Shown here piece after piece: positions 33,315 to 35,719 of a stretch of 35,719 nucleotides of DNA. This DNA is from Thelocarpon superellum (lineage: Eukaryota): the NCBI GenBank assembly GCA_026025795.1, contig JAPEUG010000154.1:1-35719 (forward strand), read 5' to 3'. The position numbers and the translations under genes were made by a program. The first letter of the stretch is position 1. Every line of letters starts with the position of its first letter. The notes beneath the pieces are model-generated. The model was not told the DNA's origin and did no database searches. It saw only the letters and a program-made list of their open reading frames with translations.

Positions 33315-34040
33315 ATGACGCATTTTAAGATCCAGATTGTGTCGGATACTGTCTGTCCGTGGGTAGGAATACCCGGCTAGAGGTAGAATGAGAGACGGAC
33401 CTCAGGCTGATCCCGCACGGCGTGGTAGTGTTACATAGGAAGTAAACGGCTGGTCAAAGGCATTGCCGCCTACCAGGAGGCACACCCTGGCTCTCATGAC
33501 ACCTTCTCCACCACGTGGAAGCCCTTTTACCTGAACCCGGAGTCGCCAAAGGAGAGTGTCGATAAGCGCGCTCTCTACGCTGCCAAATTTGGTGAGGCGC
33601 GGGCAAAGGCGGCGTTTGAACGGCTGTCGGCCCTTGGCAAGGTCGAGGGCATCAACTTCAAGTTCGGCGGCAAGACGGGCAACACCCGCGATAGTCATCG
33701 CTTGATCCAGCTCGGCAAAACCAAGAATGCGGACACGCAGAACAGGGTCGTGCACGAGCTCTTCCACGCCTACTTTGAGAAGGAGCAAGATATCACCGCC
33801 CACCCGGTCTTATTGGAGGCCGGGGTGAAGGCCGGACTCGAGGCCGGTGAGGTCCAGGACTGGCTGAACAGCGAACGTGGCGGGCCCGACGTGGACGCCG
33901 AGGTGCGGCAGGCGCAGCGGAAGCATATCACGGGGGTGCCCCACTTCATCATCCAAGACACGCACGAGATCGGAGGGGCGCAGGACCCAGCGACCTTCCA
34001 GCAGGTCTTTGAAAAGATACGCGCCTCCTCACCAGCCTGA
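33315..34040 (+). CDS. DsbA/FrnE-like thioredoxin-fold oxidoreductase, 219 aa, 2 exons (33315-33362, 33429-34040)
   Basis: Spliced MTHFKIQIVSDTVCPWCYIGSKRL...WKPFYLNP...GINFKFGGKTGNTRDSHRLI...AYFE...ITGVPHFII...GAQDP has the CPWC active site and the cis-Pro GVP loop. Intron GTAGGA..GCTGAT..TAG (33363-33428). Confidence 0.93.
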
Positions 34041-35719
34041 GTGGTGGTGCAAATCGGAGAGAAGCGGGTATAGAGCGCAGTGCTTGATCGAATTCGTGTA
34101 GGCTGTGACCCCTCCTTATCTTTCCTTGTGGGTCAATGGCGGGCTTAGTGCCCGGGATGAGCTGCCGATCTTAGAGTTGAGCACGACATCGGTGCTGCCA
34201 GAGCGGTGACAGAAGAGCAACATGACTCGCGCGCGTTGGCCACCGCCATGCACCGCGTCTCTCTTCACCAACTGAAGGGAAGCGCGGCCGGGCGACAGGC
34301 GAACGGGCGGAGATGATGGAGTTCACGACGTGTCTAGCTATGCGACTTGGTCGAAAACCAGCTAGGGCGATGCAGAACTGTGTGCGCGCGCCATCGGTTG
34401 CATCTATTCAGTCTCCATCCCGACCCCACATGGGCCATGTCGGAGCTGCAGCAAGCCTGGTGACGACGCCGCCGGCCCCCTTCCCCACAGCGGCGGCGCC
34501 GCTCGGTGACGCTCATTCGTCGCTCGTGGTCGCGGGGAGGGACAACAGACTGGTCCATGTCCCTCCAAGAGCGAGAGATGCGAGGTCATGCTTCCGGACT
34601 TGGGATCAGTTGACGATACTTAGCCCCGGCGCTACGTCGCTTTGTGGCCGGAGATGCATCAGCCTTGCGATCCCGTGAACGGAGCCATCTACGACGCCCA
34701 CTTGAACACGAGTAGTAGTATCTATCATACCACTAGCGGTGGCAGAGCTGGCAGCAGGTGCTGGCTCTCAGGCGAGAGGATTCGGTCCGAGGCGAAAGCA
34801 CGACGACTGCGCGACCAGTGCCAAGCCGTCAACGCGTCCGCGTGTGAAACGGCGTACGAGGGCTCGTCAGGCGCTCTCTCGCTCTCGCTCGCGCTCTCGC
34901 CCTCGCCGTTTTCTTGCCGAGTAAAACTTTTGGAGGAGGCGAACTCTTGACGCGTCGGCCGAGGATGCGCGACCGGCTGAAGCAATCTCGAAAGATGTTC
35001 TTACGTGACGGGCTTACGATCGCCTATTGGCGAGGGCCGCTGGGGGGCCAGAATGTGCCGGGCAGCATCCTCGTCCTCGTACCATAGGGGACCAGGGAGA
35101 AGCTGAAGGCTGGGCAGAGCGGAATTTCTTTTGCCCGCCGCGGCCGCAGGGGCCGTCGCGTCCAGGCGATAGGAAAAGCGGTGAGAGACCGGAAGACCAA
35201 GGCGAAAGCAGTCTGGGCCGGACGGGCCTGCCGCCGCGATGGCGAGGATGCTAGCGTTGCGGCGACAAGGCCCGCTGCGCGGAAGGGCAATGTTGGACCA
35301 GCACGCACGGCCGAGGCATCGCTGATTGGCCGGACTTCCATCCTGGGACCTGCTGCTAGACCGCCTCGAGCGTTAGCGCCTCCCGTCTTCGCCGGGGCAG
35401 GATTACCGAGCGCTCTGCCCCGGCGAAGACGGGAGGCGCTAACGCTCGAGGCGGTCTAGCAGCAGGTCCCAGGATAATTGATCCGCCTACCCCCTACCCT
35501 TAGGCCAACCCTACGGGCACGAGTGATGGCGGCGGCCCCTGTGATTCGGCGCTGGGCGCTGGGCGCTGGGGCCCTGAGCTGGACGCAGGACCCGCAGGGT
35601 GCGGCCGTGGCCCTCGGTCGGATGAGCGCCAGCGCCGGCGACCAGCGACAGGTCAGCCGGGGCGCGAGCGCGGGGGGCGAAAGCGACAGACTTTCTCTCA
35701 TCGACGAGTCAGGTACCGC

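Noticed and set aside
34050..35719. ORFs and CCCTA-like runs (~35487-35514) at the window end
   Set aside because: No domain similarity and no regular telomeric array; probably intergenic or promoter sequence of a gene beyond the window.

Overview
This is GC-rich, intron-containing DNA from a filamentous ascomycete (Pezizomycotina-type GT-AG introns with CTRAY-like branch points), so the ORF track both splits and misses genes. I rebuilt 11 gene models by hand, in order: (1) an ammonium-transporter (Amt/Mep) remnant retaining only its 5' part; (2) a giant ~3,900-aa leashin-like Woronin-body tether, made by joining the 1839-aa and 2068-aa ORFs across a 62-nt stop-containing intron; (3) a Crp1/Mdg1-like CBM48 protein; (4) an intronless PKA regulatory subunit; (5) the splicing factor SPF27/BCAS2; (6) a hidden 3-exon, 76-aa Cys-rich membrane microprotein absent from the ORF track; (7) an orphan Pro/Ser-rich gene; (8) a 7-exon DHA1 MFS transporter; (9) a secreted S10 serine carboxypeptidase; (10) a multi-pass membrane protein interrupted by an in-frame TAA; (11) a DsbA/FrnE-like thioredoxin. 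I found no tRNA, rRNA, CRISPR array or intact transposon. The best leads are the microprotein, the leashin junction intron, the Amt remnant and the stop-interrupted membrane gene. Family assignments come from motif recognition, not from database searches.
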